Source of the DNA: Octopus vulgaris
Taxonomy: Eukaryota
Assembly (NCBI GenBank): GCA_951406725.2
Contig: OX597829.1
Coordinates: 18,476,001-18,540,000, forward strand
Length of the DNA stretch: 64,000 nt
Direction: 5' to 3'
The position numbers were made by a program, and so were the translations under genes. Of the stretch, positions 24,965 through 38,263 are shown piece by piece (position 1 is the first letter of the stretch; every line of letters starts with the position of its first letter). The notes beneath the pieces were generated by a model. It did no database searches. It saw nothing but the letters and a program-made list of their open reading frames with translations, and was not told the origin of the DNA.

Positions 24965-25590
24965 TTAAACCCTTTAGCATTCAAATTACTTTGTCAAAGG
25001 TAATATTTACTTATTCACATTACCTTGAATTAATCAAGCAGTCTCTCCTAGTTTCAAGATTTCAATGACATGATTGTTTAGTTTTAGAATGACATTGTAG
25101 AATAGGTGTGAGAGACCAGATCTGGTTACTATGAACATAAAACAGGTAGAACATTTGGACTGGATATGGCTGATTTAATCCTTTACTATTCAGATTACTC
25201 TGTCAAACATATTTATTCACATTGATTTGAATAAGCTATGCATTATCTTGCAGCTTTGATATTTCAATGACATGATTGCTTATTTTAGAATGACATTGTA
25301 GGGGTGGTGTGAGAGGCAAGATCTGGCCAGTTTTAACATAAAACTGGTAGAATATTTGGGCCACATGACTGGTTTAACCCTTTAGCATTCAGATTATTTT
25401 GTCAAATGTAATGATCATTTATTCCCATTGTTTTGAATTAATCATGCGTTATTTTACAGCTTCAAGATTTCAATGATGTGATTGTTCATCTTTAGAATGA
25501 GATTGTAAGGTAAGTGTGAGAGGCTGGATCTGGCAGGTTTGAATATAAAACAAGGAGAATATTTGGGCTGAATATGACTGATTTAAATGC
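24965..25590 (+). mobile_element. Three head-to-tail copies of the TTAA-flanked MITE
   Basis: Units start at TTAA 24965, 25175, 25374. Confidence 0.8.
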
Positions 25591-25593
25591 TGT

Positions 25594-25963
25594 TGGCTGT
25601 GTGGTAAGTAGCTTGCTTACCAACCACATGGTTCCGGGTTCAGTCCCACTGCGTGGCACCTTGGGCAAGTGTCTTCTACTATAGCCTCGGGCAGACTAAA
25701 GCCTTGTGAGTGGATTTGGTAGACGGAAACTGAAAGAAGCCTGTTGTATATATATATGTGTGTGTGTGTGTGTTTGTCCCCCCAACATCACTTGACAACT
25801 GATGCTGGAGTGTTTACGTCCCCGTAAGTTAGCAGTTTGGTAAAAGAGACTGATAGAATAAGTACTAGGCTTACAAAGAATAAGTTTCGGGGTCGATTTG
25901 CTCGACTAAAGGCGGTGCTCCAGCATGGCCACAGTCAAATGACTGAAACAAGTAAAAAGAGTA
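25594..25963 (+). mobile_element. SINE family A with TSD
   Basis: Flanked by taaatg(c/a)tgttg direct repeats. Confidence 0.9.
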
Positions 25964-26414
25964 AATGATGTTGTGCTAGAACAAACCCGTCTAACCTTGT
26001 GTATGTAGCATGAATGAGAAAACATGTAAAATGATGATAACGATAATGACTTATATTTAATTAAAAAATTCAGCACAAATGAATGGAGATGTTACATAGT
26101 GAAGCCAGATGATGTAATTTTGTGTTTTCTTGATTACATTAAAAGATAGGTATGATCTAAGGAAGATTTCCTACAAGGATTCTGGCGATAGTGATAGCAT
26201 GACATCCATGTAAAATACATGTGCCACACATATAGATGTAGTGTGCATGTGTGTGTGTGTTAATTAATCAATGTAAACATATTTATGCATCTCTGTTTGG
26301 AAGTATGCGTACTTATGTGTATGTACACATGTTATCTTAATGTATCTATTAAAGTGTATACATGTGCATGTATGTCTGTGTGTTTGTACATTTATGTGTT
26401 TGCTTCTATATGAA

Positions 26415-27160
26415 TGCATACATACATACATACATATGAATACACATACATACAAACAAACATACACACAAATACGCATGCATCCATACACACACACATG
26501 CAAACATACATACATACATACAAATACGCATGCATACATACACACACATGCAAACATACATACATACAAATACGCATGCATCCATACACACACATGCAAA
26601 CATACATACAAATACACATGCATCCTTACACACACATGCAAACATACATACATACAAATACACATGCATCCATACACATACATGCAAACATACATACATA
26701 CATACAAATACACATGCAAACATACACACACATGCAAACATACATACATACAAATACGCATGCATCCATACACACACAAACATACATACATGCAAATACG
26801 CATGCATCCATACACACACATGCAAACATACATACATACAAATACGCATGCATACATACACACACATGCAAACATACATACATACATACAAATACACATG
26901 CATACATACACACACATGCAAACATACATACATACATACAAATACGCATGCATACATACACACACATGCAAACATACATACATACATACAAATACGCATG
27001 CATCCATACACACACATGCAAACATACATACATACAAATACACATGCATACATACACACACATGCAAACATACATACATACATGCAAATACGCATGCATC
27101 CATACACACAGATGCAAACATACATACATACAAATACACATGCATACATACATACATATA
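26415..27160. repeat. Microsatellite-derived minisatellite, unit about 42-50 bp (catgcaaaca(taca)n aatacrcatgcatmcatacacacaca)
   Basis: About 15 tandem units read directly. Confidence 0.95.
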
Positions 27161-27530
27161 TACAAAAGTATATACACACGTACATACATTTGTATAGGAA
27201 CATAAATACAGTAACATGTGCACATACAATCTATATGATAAAATATATATTTGTTATTTTTTTGCTTATATCCTAATTTAAAAGAAAGAAGAAAAAGAAA
27301 GAAAGCATAATTCAAAAATTAACTTGAAACACAGTGAAAAGATGACAAGAAGAAATAGGATGGTAAGGAATGGCCTACACCTAACGGAAAAGAAGGAAGT
27401 GGGCACATTCCAGAAATAACTCTTGATATGAATATACCAAAGTGAAGAACATGGGTATGAGATTTACACTAGGAAAAGGAAATCAGGAGAAAAAGAACAA
27501 TTTCTAATAGTATTCTTACTACTGCCACTG

Positions 27531-27572
<42 letters not shown>

Positions 27573-27739
27573 AAGGAGAGGAGGAAGAGAGAGGGAGAGA
27601 AAGAGGAAGAGATTGGGAAAGAGAGAGAGAGGAGAGCAAAAGAGGGAGAGAAGAAATGAGAGAGGGGTGGGGGGATGGGGATGGAGGGGGAAGGAAGAAA
27701 AAAAAGAGAGAAAGAAAGAAAGCAAGAAAGAAAGGGGAA

Positions 27740-27771
<32 letters not shown>

Positions 27772-27938
27772 AAAAGAAAGAAAGAAAGAGGTGGAAAAAA
27801 AAACCCCTTCATGATAAGTAGACTGGTTCATGTTTAAAATCTGAAATGGAAGGTTAAGATTTTAATCAGAAATCTTTGTGACACATAAGTACGCATACTT
27901 CCAAACAGAGATGCATAAATATGTTTACATTGATTAAT

Positions 27939-27974
<36 letters not shown>

Positions 27975-28317
27975 TACATCTATATGTGTGGCACTTGTAT
28001 TTTACATGGATGTGACCAAGGAAGAGAAAAATGGCAACCAGCGTGAACAGTAAAACTTGCATATTCAGGTTCAAAACTACTTTCATGAAAGCTTTGTGGG
28101 GAAACTGCATAAAAGAGAGGCATCAGATGGGGACCTAATTGTTTTTGGGACTAGGACAAAATGCTGATGTCCTACAGAAAATCATAAACAGACACAAGCG
28201 TGGCTGTGTGGTGAGGAAGATTGCTTTCCAAACCTTGTGGTGTTGAGGTCAGTCCCACTGTACCCAACATTGGGCAAAGTGTCTTCTACTAGAGCACCAT
28301 GCATGCTTGCATATGTA

Positions 28318-28533
28318 CTCTTTTACTGTTTTACTTGTTTCAGTCATTTGACTGCAGCCATGCTGGAGCACCACCCTTAGTTGAGCAAATCAACCCCAGG
28401 ACTTATTCTTTGTAAGCCTAGTACTTTTTCTATCGGTCTATTTTGCTGAACTGCTCAGTTAAGATGATGTAAACACACCAGCATCGGTTGTCAAGCAATG
28501 TTGGAGGGACAAACACAGACCAACAAACTTATG

Positions 28534-28577
<44 letters not shown>

Positions 28578-28730
28578 GCTTCTTTCAGTTTCCATCTACC
28601 AAATCCACTCACAAGGCTTTGGCCGGCCTGGGGCTATAGTAGAAGACACTAGCCCAAGGTGCCACGCAGTGGGACTGAACCTGGAACCATGTGGTTGGTA
28701 AGCATGCTACTTACCACACAGCCACTCTTG
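28318..28730 (-). mobile_element. SINE family A
   Basis: Reverse complement of consensus. Confidence 0.9.
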
Positions 28731-29375
28731 CATGTAGTGAAAATATATAGACAGTACAATGTGTAGATGTGGCTGCATGTATGTTGTTACAAGAGTTCAT
28801 ATGGAGATGAAAGAATAAATTCGAGGTCTATACATAAAAATATATTTAATTCTTCTATCGATGATAATACATGGAATCAAATAGTAGAAGAAAGTTCAGA
28901 GAAAGGAAATGTAGAACAACACTGAAGTGGTGGCTTTCAGTCATATCCGGAATAGAGAAATAGATGTACACAGCAACAACATGAATGGATCTAAGTCTAA
29001 TCGACTAAGAAGCTAAAAGCTGGGTTAGCAAGCTGTTTTTATTAATGGAACGCTAAACATTCTAGAAACATCCAAGAGAAATGTCAAGCTTCTTGAATAA
29101 TTAAGAATCATGGAAGAACCAAACTTGCAAAACAAACTTCTTAACACAACAATGCCGGTACACGTACACACACACACACAGGCATTGGCGTGTGTATGTA
29201 CACATACACACATAATAAATAAATATATATATATATGGTGCCCCAGCATGGCCGCGGCCTTCGGGCTAAAACATTTTTAAGGATTTAAGGATATATATAT
29301 ATATATATATGTATTTGTTTGTATATGTATATGGATTTAAATCTCCCAGAAACCCGCCACTTATATATATATGTA

Positions 29376-29888
29376 CTAGCAGTATCGCCCGGTGTTGCTC
29401 GGGTTTGTAAGGGAAATAACTATATAAGCATTTTTAGAGAGTTACTTCCTTTATAGATGCCAATTCGGGCTTTCTTAGCCATTTCTGTTTTGGTGTCTTC
29501 AAGCCATGAAGTCGTTGTTCTAAAAGAACGCTGGTCTCCTTGACAACGCTTTACGACGTTGATTTCCTTACACTCCCTTCCCCACAGCTTCATGAGGGAG
29601 AGAAGAAGGGGGAGAAGCAAATAGGTGCAGGTGTGACCATGGACGCCAACTCCGCCACCATTGATACACGAAAAATTATGCATTAAAATGGAATAAAAAA
29701 CGATGTTAAATTATTTTTAAAATCGTAGACTCATCATAGACGCGCGCTAATACTCAGACGGGCTCGATATGAATCACGACTATAAGATACCCGAATTTGG
29801 TTAAACTGCACCGCAAAATGTGGGAGCAGTTAGGAATCTAAATCGAAGGGGACAGACACTCACACAACTACAGTTTTATATATGTAGA
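29376..29888 (-). mobile_element. Non-autonomous Helitron
   Basis: Minus strand starts TCtacatatataaaactgtagttgtgtg and ends with hairpin cccgagcaacaccggg plus CTAG, inserted between A and T. Confidence 0.8.
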
Positions 29889-30299
29889 TATATATCCCAA
29901 AAAGAGGAAAGCTGTGTGTGTGTGTGTATTTGGTGATAAGCATATGTACTATATGTACTTTACCGAAAATTTCAAAAAAAAAAAAAAGGCTGAAAATTTA
30001 GACACACACAAACACACACACATGCAAACAAACAAAAACTACTTAAATAAATCTAACTTCATGACACGAATTTAAACTGAAGCTGTCGCATTTTTCCTGT
30101 TATTGTATATATGTTATTTATTTGACAAAACACTAACAAATATTTTACAACTCACACCCCCTACTCTCACATACTTAACATCCTTGATGAATCGATAAAC
30201 GGTTTTCACAATATGTAAACAAATTCTTTCATTTAAATTACACACACACACACATATCATTATCATCAGCGTTATTCATTTTTAAAGGTGTGGATGTTT

Positions 30300-30532
30300 T
30301 CTTATTTCCTGTTGCCCACAAGAGGCTAACATAGAGGGGACAAACAAGGACAGACAGAGAGATTAAGTCGATTACATCGACCCCAGTGCGTAACTCATAC
30401 TTAATTTATCGACCCCGAAAGGATGAAAGGCAAAGTCGACCTCAGCAGAATTTGAACTCAGAACGTAGCGACAGACGAAATACTGCTAAGTATTTTGCCT
30501 GGCATACTAACGTTTCTGCCAGATCAGCGCCT
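30300..30532 (-). mobile_element. SINE family B
   Basis: Reverse complement of consensus. Confidence 0.85.
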
Positions 30533-30825
30533 TATGGACGCTTTCTGATAACCACTGCACCTCTTATGTGTCCATAGTTTGCACTGAGCACAACCATATG
30601 GAATTTCTACCTCCACCATGTCAACATACGAAACAGTCATTTACCCAAAGGGGATTAGTGTCCTGTCTGTCACACACACACATACATTCATACAGATAAA
30701 CCATGTACATATATGTGTGCTCCAGCATGGATGTAGTCAAATGACTGAAACAAGTAATATATATTATAAAAATATATACAGGTCGTCGTTGACTTACGAG
30801 CTATCCAACTTATGACCGATTGACT

Positions 30826-31216
30826 TACTCTCTTACTTGTTTCAATCATTTGACTGTGACCATGCTGGAGCACCGCCTTTAGTCGAGCAAATCGACCCCA
30901 GGACTTATTCTTTGTAAGCCTAGTACTTATTCTATTGGTCTCTTTTGCCGAACTGCTAAATTACAGGGACATAAACACACCAGCATCGGTTGTCAAGCGA
31001 TGTTGGGGGTGGGACAAACACAGACACACAAACACACACACACATATATATATATACAACAAGCTTCTTTCAGTTTTTCATCTACCAAATCCACTCACAA
31101 GGCTTTGGTCAGCCCGAGGCTATAGTAGAAGACACTTGCCCAAAGTGCCACGCAGTGGGACTGAACCCGGAACCATGTGGTTGGTAAACAAGTTACTTAC
31201 CACACAGCCACTCCTA
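30826..31216 (-). mobile_element. SINE family A
   Basis: Reverse complement of consensus. Confidence 0.9.
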
Positions 31217-31396
31217 CGACTTCACGACAATTGACATGCCAGCTCCCAGCAACAATAATAAATAGTTGAGTTGAAATCTAATGGGTTTAATTTCTGAGAA
31301 ATTAACTCGTCTACGGATGATGTCAGCTAACAAACGCTTCTCCTAGGTTTGGTTATCGATAGCCACTGAGTTGGATGACTATCCTGTTGCGGAGAC

Positions 31397-31655
31397 ATCA
31401 TCATCATCATCATCATCATCATTTAACGTCCGCTTTCCATGCTAGCATGGGTTGGACGGTTCAACTGGGGTCTGGGGAGCCCGAAGGCTGCACCAGGCCA
31501 GTCAGATCTGGCAGTGTTTCTACAGCTGGATGCCCTTCCTAACGCCAACCACTCCGAGCGTGTAGTGGGTGATTTTATGTGCCACCGACACAGGTGCCAG
31601 ACGAGGCTGGCGAACGGCCACGCTCGGATGGTGTTTTTATGTGCCACCGACACAT
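31397..31655 (-). mobile_element. Family C
   Basis: (CAT)n tail plus reverse-complement core. Confidence 0.85.
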
Positions 31656-33298
31656 GACTGTTTGAGACTCAGAAATTTTTGTCTAACACCTGTATAAAAG
31701 CATAATGCAGAATGCTGTGTGTGAGTTTTACCTGAGAATGTACCTTAAGAATGTAAAAATATAAAACAAAGATATCTTGACCTATAGACCGACTTACAAC
31801 ACGTATCTCTACATGCACACACACATCACACACACAAACACACACACACGCGTGTGTGTGTGTGTGTGTTTGTATCTCTTTGTCCTGACATCACAAGATA
31901 GATGTAACTAACTGTCATATTTTGCAAGAACATGGAAAAATACATATTAATCGTGCCTGGTAACAGTAAGGGTTGGTAACAGGAAGGGCATCCAGCTGTA
32001 GAAAATCTGCCTCAATAAACTTCATCCAAGCCATATATGCATGGAAAAGCTGACATGATGATGATGATGAGGAGGAGGAGGAGGAGGAGAGGACGACGAC
32101 AACAACGACAATGACAACGATGTTACACATGCACTTATACACACATAAATATACACATTATTATACATTCTGGACTGCATCTAAAGAAAGACCATTTAAC
32201 TGATCGGCATAAATCATTCAGAAATATGTTCTGGCTTCTGGTTCACAGGCATGCTGTCTTCATTCTCTCGTCTTTTCTATCATTACTACTGTGCCTCTGT
32301 TCCTTGGTGTCGGCTTGTCTTCTGCTTCCTCCACCCATGCACCCTTATCTTCTCACCTCTACTCTTCTTATTATGTTTCTTGCAGCCACCCCCAACCCCC
32401 AAGACCCTGAACTAACCACTAAATCCAGTCCTTACTGTATTGGTAATACCTTTAAAAAAAACAGAAAAGTGAGAAGTGTTGTCAGTTCATTTAATATTTG
32501 TTTTTATTCTGGAAAAATTGAACTGACAAAATATTCCAAGACCCTTTTGCTGACAGAATGTGTTAAGAGAGAGAGAGAAAGAGAGAGAGGGGTAAAGAGA
32601 GAGGTGAAGGAAGAAAAAAAGAAATACAAATAGCAAAAGATAAATAAATAATTAAATAAAAAAAAAGTCTGACTGGTTTGATGATGAAGTATTTAAATAA
32701 TCCTCTTTTAATTTTGAATGACTTGACTCATTATTAATTTTGTCACCGAAAACTCCACTGGAAAAATATCACAAAGAAACTGTATGAAAGAACACTCATC
32801 ACTTTGTCAGAAGAATCCTTACTCGATCCCCCATCCATTGACAAACCCATGATAATTGAAGCATCCACTCAATCAAAAGAAACATTCCACCTACTACTGC
32901 TACTACTACAAAGATTAAATGTCGGCATTAACAAAGGTGTTGAAAGCAATCAAGAGAACACTCAATAATCTCATGATCAAATAGACGGTGGGGCAGAGAA
33001 GAAACAATGTGCTTTGAATTTAGTGGATATAGGAACTGTTTACTCGCAGAAATTGTCCCTTCTGCTCTCTGCACAATATACTTCCTCGACGTTCTCAACG
33101 GTAGAATTCTTCACTACAAAATTGCAAACAATTTTGAGTGGCAGACAACATCATCATCATCAACAGCATAAGCTTCGGTTCCGGGTCCTACTGCAGCCTT
33201 GAGCCAACCTTGTGAGTGGATTTAGCAGACAGAAACTGAAAGAAGCCCGTTGAGTACACACACACACACACACACACATATATATGTGTGTATATATG

Positions 33299-33335
<37 letters not shown>

Positions 33336-33517
33336 TCTTTTACTTGTTTCAGTCATTTGACTGTGGCCTTAGTCGAGCAAATCGACTCCAGGACTTATTC
33401 TTTGTAAGCCTAGTACTTATTCTATTGGACTCTTTGCCGAACCACTAAGTTATAGGGACGTTAACAAACTACCATCGGTTGTCAAGCAATGTTGGGGGGA
33501 CAAACACAGACACACAA

Positions 33518-33565
<48 letters not shown>

Positions 33566-34015
33566 CAGGCTTCTTTCAGTTTCCATCTACCAAATCCACT
33601 TACAAGGCTTTGATCAGCCCGAGGCTATAGTAGAAGACACTTGCCCAAGGTACCACACCATGTAAAAACCATGCCCAAACTGACATGGTGCCACATAAAA
33701 AGCACTCAGCTTTGGGGTTAGTAGCCTGCGCTCCTAACCACTACGCCATATGCCCGTGGTATGTGGCGTGGCGTAGTGTGTGTGACACATTCTAAATTAT
33801 ATATATGTATGTGTATGTACTAATTATGCCATATGCCCACAGGCATATGGCATAATTAGTAGCACTTGCCCTTTGCGGTTGTTGTTAGGAAGGACATCCA
33901 GCCATAAAAACCATGACAAAGCAGACACAGTAGCCTGGGGTAGTCTTTTTACCTGACCGGCTCCTGTCACACCATCCAACCTATGCCTGCATGGATGACA
34001 GGCGTTAAATTATAA

Positions 34016-34071
<56 letters not shown>

Positions 34072-34090
34072 TCCATATAAATGCATTTAT

Positions 34091-34151
<61 letters not shown>

Positions 34152-34164
34152 CATATAAGCATAT

Positions 34165-34830
34165 ATAAGGATTGGCTGAAAAGTTTGTAGGCTGACCAAG
34201 ATATTCTCATGGAATGTGATCAAATGAGGTTTATTTTTCAACAGTCTCCCTTGCAGTCCACACACCTCTTCCATTGGTCTTGCAGTGCTTGGATCTCATC
34301 GGTGAAGAAATTTTCATCGCTGCAATATTAATTCCCAGTCAAGTGTTTGCTCATGTTTGAGAATAGATGATAGTCAGATGGGGCTCAAATCAGGGTAATA
34401 GGAGGGTGATCAACCAGTTCAAAACTACAGGCACTCAACTCACAGCAGCCATTGAAACCAAGGTCTTGTGCGCTAGAACATTGACCCCATGAAACAAGAC
34501 CCACTTCATCAGTTTTCCTGACTACTTTGTCTTAATGGCATTTCATAACTGCCTCATCAACTTGGCATTGTACTCTTCATTGATGGTGAGGCTCTTTTGA
34601 AGATAGTCAATAAACACAATACCTTTAGTGGTCATCATTTCCCTTGCAGATGAAATGACCTTGGCCTTCTTTGGAGCAGGTGAGAAGAGATGTTTCCACT
34701 ACATGGATTGTCGCTTTGTCTCTGGCTCAAAGTTATGAACCTAACACTCATCCTGGCTTAGTAAACATCCAAGAAAATCAGCCGGATCTGCCTCAAACTA
34801 TGCTAGATTTTCTAGTGATGTGATCACTTT
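34165..34830 (-). mobile_element. Mariner transposase catalytic-domain relic plus right end
   Basis: Minus strand gives ...FELVDHPPYYPDLSP... (YSPDLAPSD motif) and ...FFTDEIQALQDQWKRCVDCKGD.. across frameshifts; TIR-like ggctgaaaagttt next to TA. Confidence 0.85.
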
Positions 34831-34984
34831 TGCACTGTTAATAAAGTTGGAGCATCATCTCCTAAAGTAGCAATCACATCAACATAAATGTCCCTGGGGG
34901 GCTAAACCCTTTTTCTAGACGTACTTGAAAACACCAAGATATCAAACTTTGTCATTTTCCTTCAAGAGAAGTTGCTACTAATTA

Positions 34985-35360
34985 TGCCATATGCCTGTGG
35001 GCATATGGCGTAATTAGTACATACACATACATATATATAATTTAGAATGCGTCACACACACACACACACTACGCCACGCCACATACCACGGGCATATGGC
35101 GTAGTGGTTAGGAGCGCAGGCTACTAACCCCAAGATTCCAAGTTCAATTCCAAGCAGTGACACCGTCGTCATCGTCATCATCATCATCAAAAAATACCTT
35201 ACGAATGAGAACCCAGGTTCAAAATTTCCCCAAGACACCTGAAGAAGGCTGGAGGGTATATCAGCCAAAATGTTGTGTTAGCAACAAACAAGACGAGGAC
35301 AAATATCTGTCAAATGTAAATAATGTACATAATTCCTCATCTCTTAAATACAGAACTGTA
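34985..35360 (+). mobile_element. tRNA-headed short retroposon with Penelope-like tail and decayed hammerhead motif; 13-bp TSD
   Basis: Head gggcatatggcgtagtggttaggagcgcaggctactaacc...gttcaattcc (35090-35160); acac CTGAAGA aggctg..cagcc aaaa tg tt gtgt (35235-35278); ttgctactaatta at 34972-34984 and 35361-35373. Confidence 0.7.
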
Positions 35361-35529
35361 TTGCTACTAATTAGTTTTGAAGTTTTCTCTGAACAGTCGG
35401 ATGTCAGTTTACTCTGAAAGAAACAATGCAGTTATTAATAAGAAGAGTTGAAATTAATGCATGCAAGATTTCACAGTTCTAGCATCACTTTAGGATGCTA
35501 GTCAGCCTATGAACTTTTCAGCCCACCCT

Positions 35530-35573
<44 letters not shown>

Positions 35574-35655
35574 GCATATATGTGTGTATAAATACACACA
35601 CATATGTATGTGGAGAGATAAGGACAGTCAATCAAACATATATATACATACATAC

Positions 35656-35703
<48 letters not shown>

Positions 35704-36075
35704 ACTTTATTTAAAGCAGCAGAAAATTCAAAATAAAGCATATTACTCTACCACTGGTATTTGAGTACTCTTTTTTCCACCTTGTTTCACATTTATGTGT
35801 TTACTCCGGTATATATATATATACATACATACATACATACACACGTGTGTGTGTGTATATACAGACATATACACATATACATACATACATGCAGATATTC
35901 ACACACACACACACACACACAAATCATATTGTACTACCATCACCAGCACACTTCAGTTTAACATTTAGGGTATGGCGCACTTTTGTTGCCATGGTCACAA
36001 TCACAAGCATCACAGGCGCACACACAAACTTACACACTGTCACATACACGCACGCACTTGAAAAGTACAAATTGA

Positions 36076-36114
<39 letters not shown>

Positions 36115-36429
36115 ACACTCAGAGAAGCAGAATGATAGTTCATTGATTGGTATACGAAGAATGTCTCTTGCAGCACAGGAAAAGAACTGCAGTAGTAGCT
36201 AATGGATGGGGAGCAGGTTAGAACAGTAATAATAACACCCGATATAGACAGCCGAGACACATTGTGTGTGTGTGTATGTGTTAGGAGTGGGGGAGGCAGT
36301 GCCATAGGAGGTTACAGAGACAGAACGGACAGATTTAATAGCCAGGCAGTTTGATGATATGTCAAATGGACAGTTTAGGCACATAGTCACAGAGCTCATA
36401 GACAGGAGCATGTAGACAGACGTTCTAAA

Positions 36430-37002
36430 TGTATGTGTGTATGTATGTATGTATGTATGTATGTATGTATGTATGTATGTGTATGTCTGTATGTATGTGT
36501 GTGTATGTATGTGTGTGTGCATGCAAGTATGTATGTATGTATGTGTGTGTGCATGCAAGTATGTATGTATGTATGTGTGTGTGTGTGTGTGTGTGTGCAT
36601 GCAAGTATGTATGTATGTATGTGTGTGTGCATGCAAGTATGTATGTATGTATGTATGTGTGTGTGTGCATGCAAGTATGTATGTATGTATGTGTGTGTGC
36701 ATGCAAGTATGTATGTATGTATGTGTGTGTGCATGCAAGTATGTATGTATGTATGTATGTGTGTGTGTGCATGCAAGTATGTATGTATGTGTGTGTGCAT
36801 GCAAGTATGTATGTATGTATGTGTGTGTGCATGCAAGTATGTATGTATGTATGTGTGTGTGCATGCAAGTATGTATGTATGTATGTATGTGTGTGTGTGT
36901 GCATGCAAGTATGTATGTATGTGTGTGTGCATGCAAGTATGTATGTATGTATGTGTGTGTGCATGCAAGTATGTATGTATGTGTACATGCAAGTATGTAT
37001 GT

Positions 37003-37034
<32 letters not shown>

Positions 37035-37090
37035 GTATGTATGTATGTATGTATGCATGCATGCATGCATGTATGTATGTATGTATGTAT
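36430..37090. repeat. Microsatellite-derived minisatellite, unit about 28-40 bp (gcatgcaa(gtat)n(gt)n)
   Basis: Read directly. Confidence 0.95.
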
Positions 37091-37349
37091 ATTGAAAGAG
37101 ATAGAGAGAAAATAATAGACAGATGCTACGATACAGATTTCTTATACCTAACCAGACTTATTCTATACCCCCCTCCCCCCCACACACACAGCCACAAAGA
37201 GACCGTGGACCATTATCGAACAGGTTAGACAGGTTAGATAGATAGACTGATGAATAAAGTGATAGACAGATGTTAAACGATGATGATCACACACACACAA
37301 ATGTATATATGCATTTATATATATACATATATATGTATGTGTGTGTGTA

Positions 37350-37641
<292 letters not shown>

Positions 37642-38224
37642 CATACACACACACAGAGAAACAGACAGACAGACGGATAGAAATAGGCCACCATTTTGTA
37701 CCTAGGTAACTCAAAGTGTACATTTGGGTACATTCTTTGAAAAGAAGGTAATAAGCTATGTGATATTTTTCAGACACTTCTTATATACCTAATCAAAGCC
37801 AGGTACTGAGCTGATATATATACATACATTAGTAGACACACACACATATATGTATATTATATTTATGTATGTTTCTATGTATGATTCTATATATATACAC
37901 ACATTAGTAGACACACACACATATATATACACACGCACACTCAAATACATATATGCATACACACACATATACAGACACATACACACACATAGGTATGTAT
38001 ATATACATACATGTACACACACACACATATATATATATATATAAGCATGCATAGATATATATGCATATACTTAAATATATGTATATTTATATTTAAGTAT
38101 ACGTATGTTTATATGTGTATATATATATATATATATACATACATATATATACACACACACACATTCAAATACATATATGCATACACACATATATACACAC
38201 AAATAGGTATGTATATACATCCAT

Positions 38225-38263
<39 letters not shown>

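Noticed and set aside
26264-27315. Long 229-321 aa ORFs on both strands
   Set aside because: Translations of a stop-free microsatellite-derived array (C/V/M/Y or H/T/Y/I only); no splice or homology support
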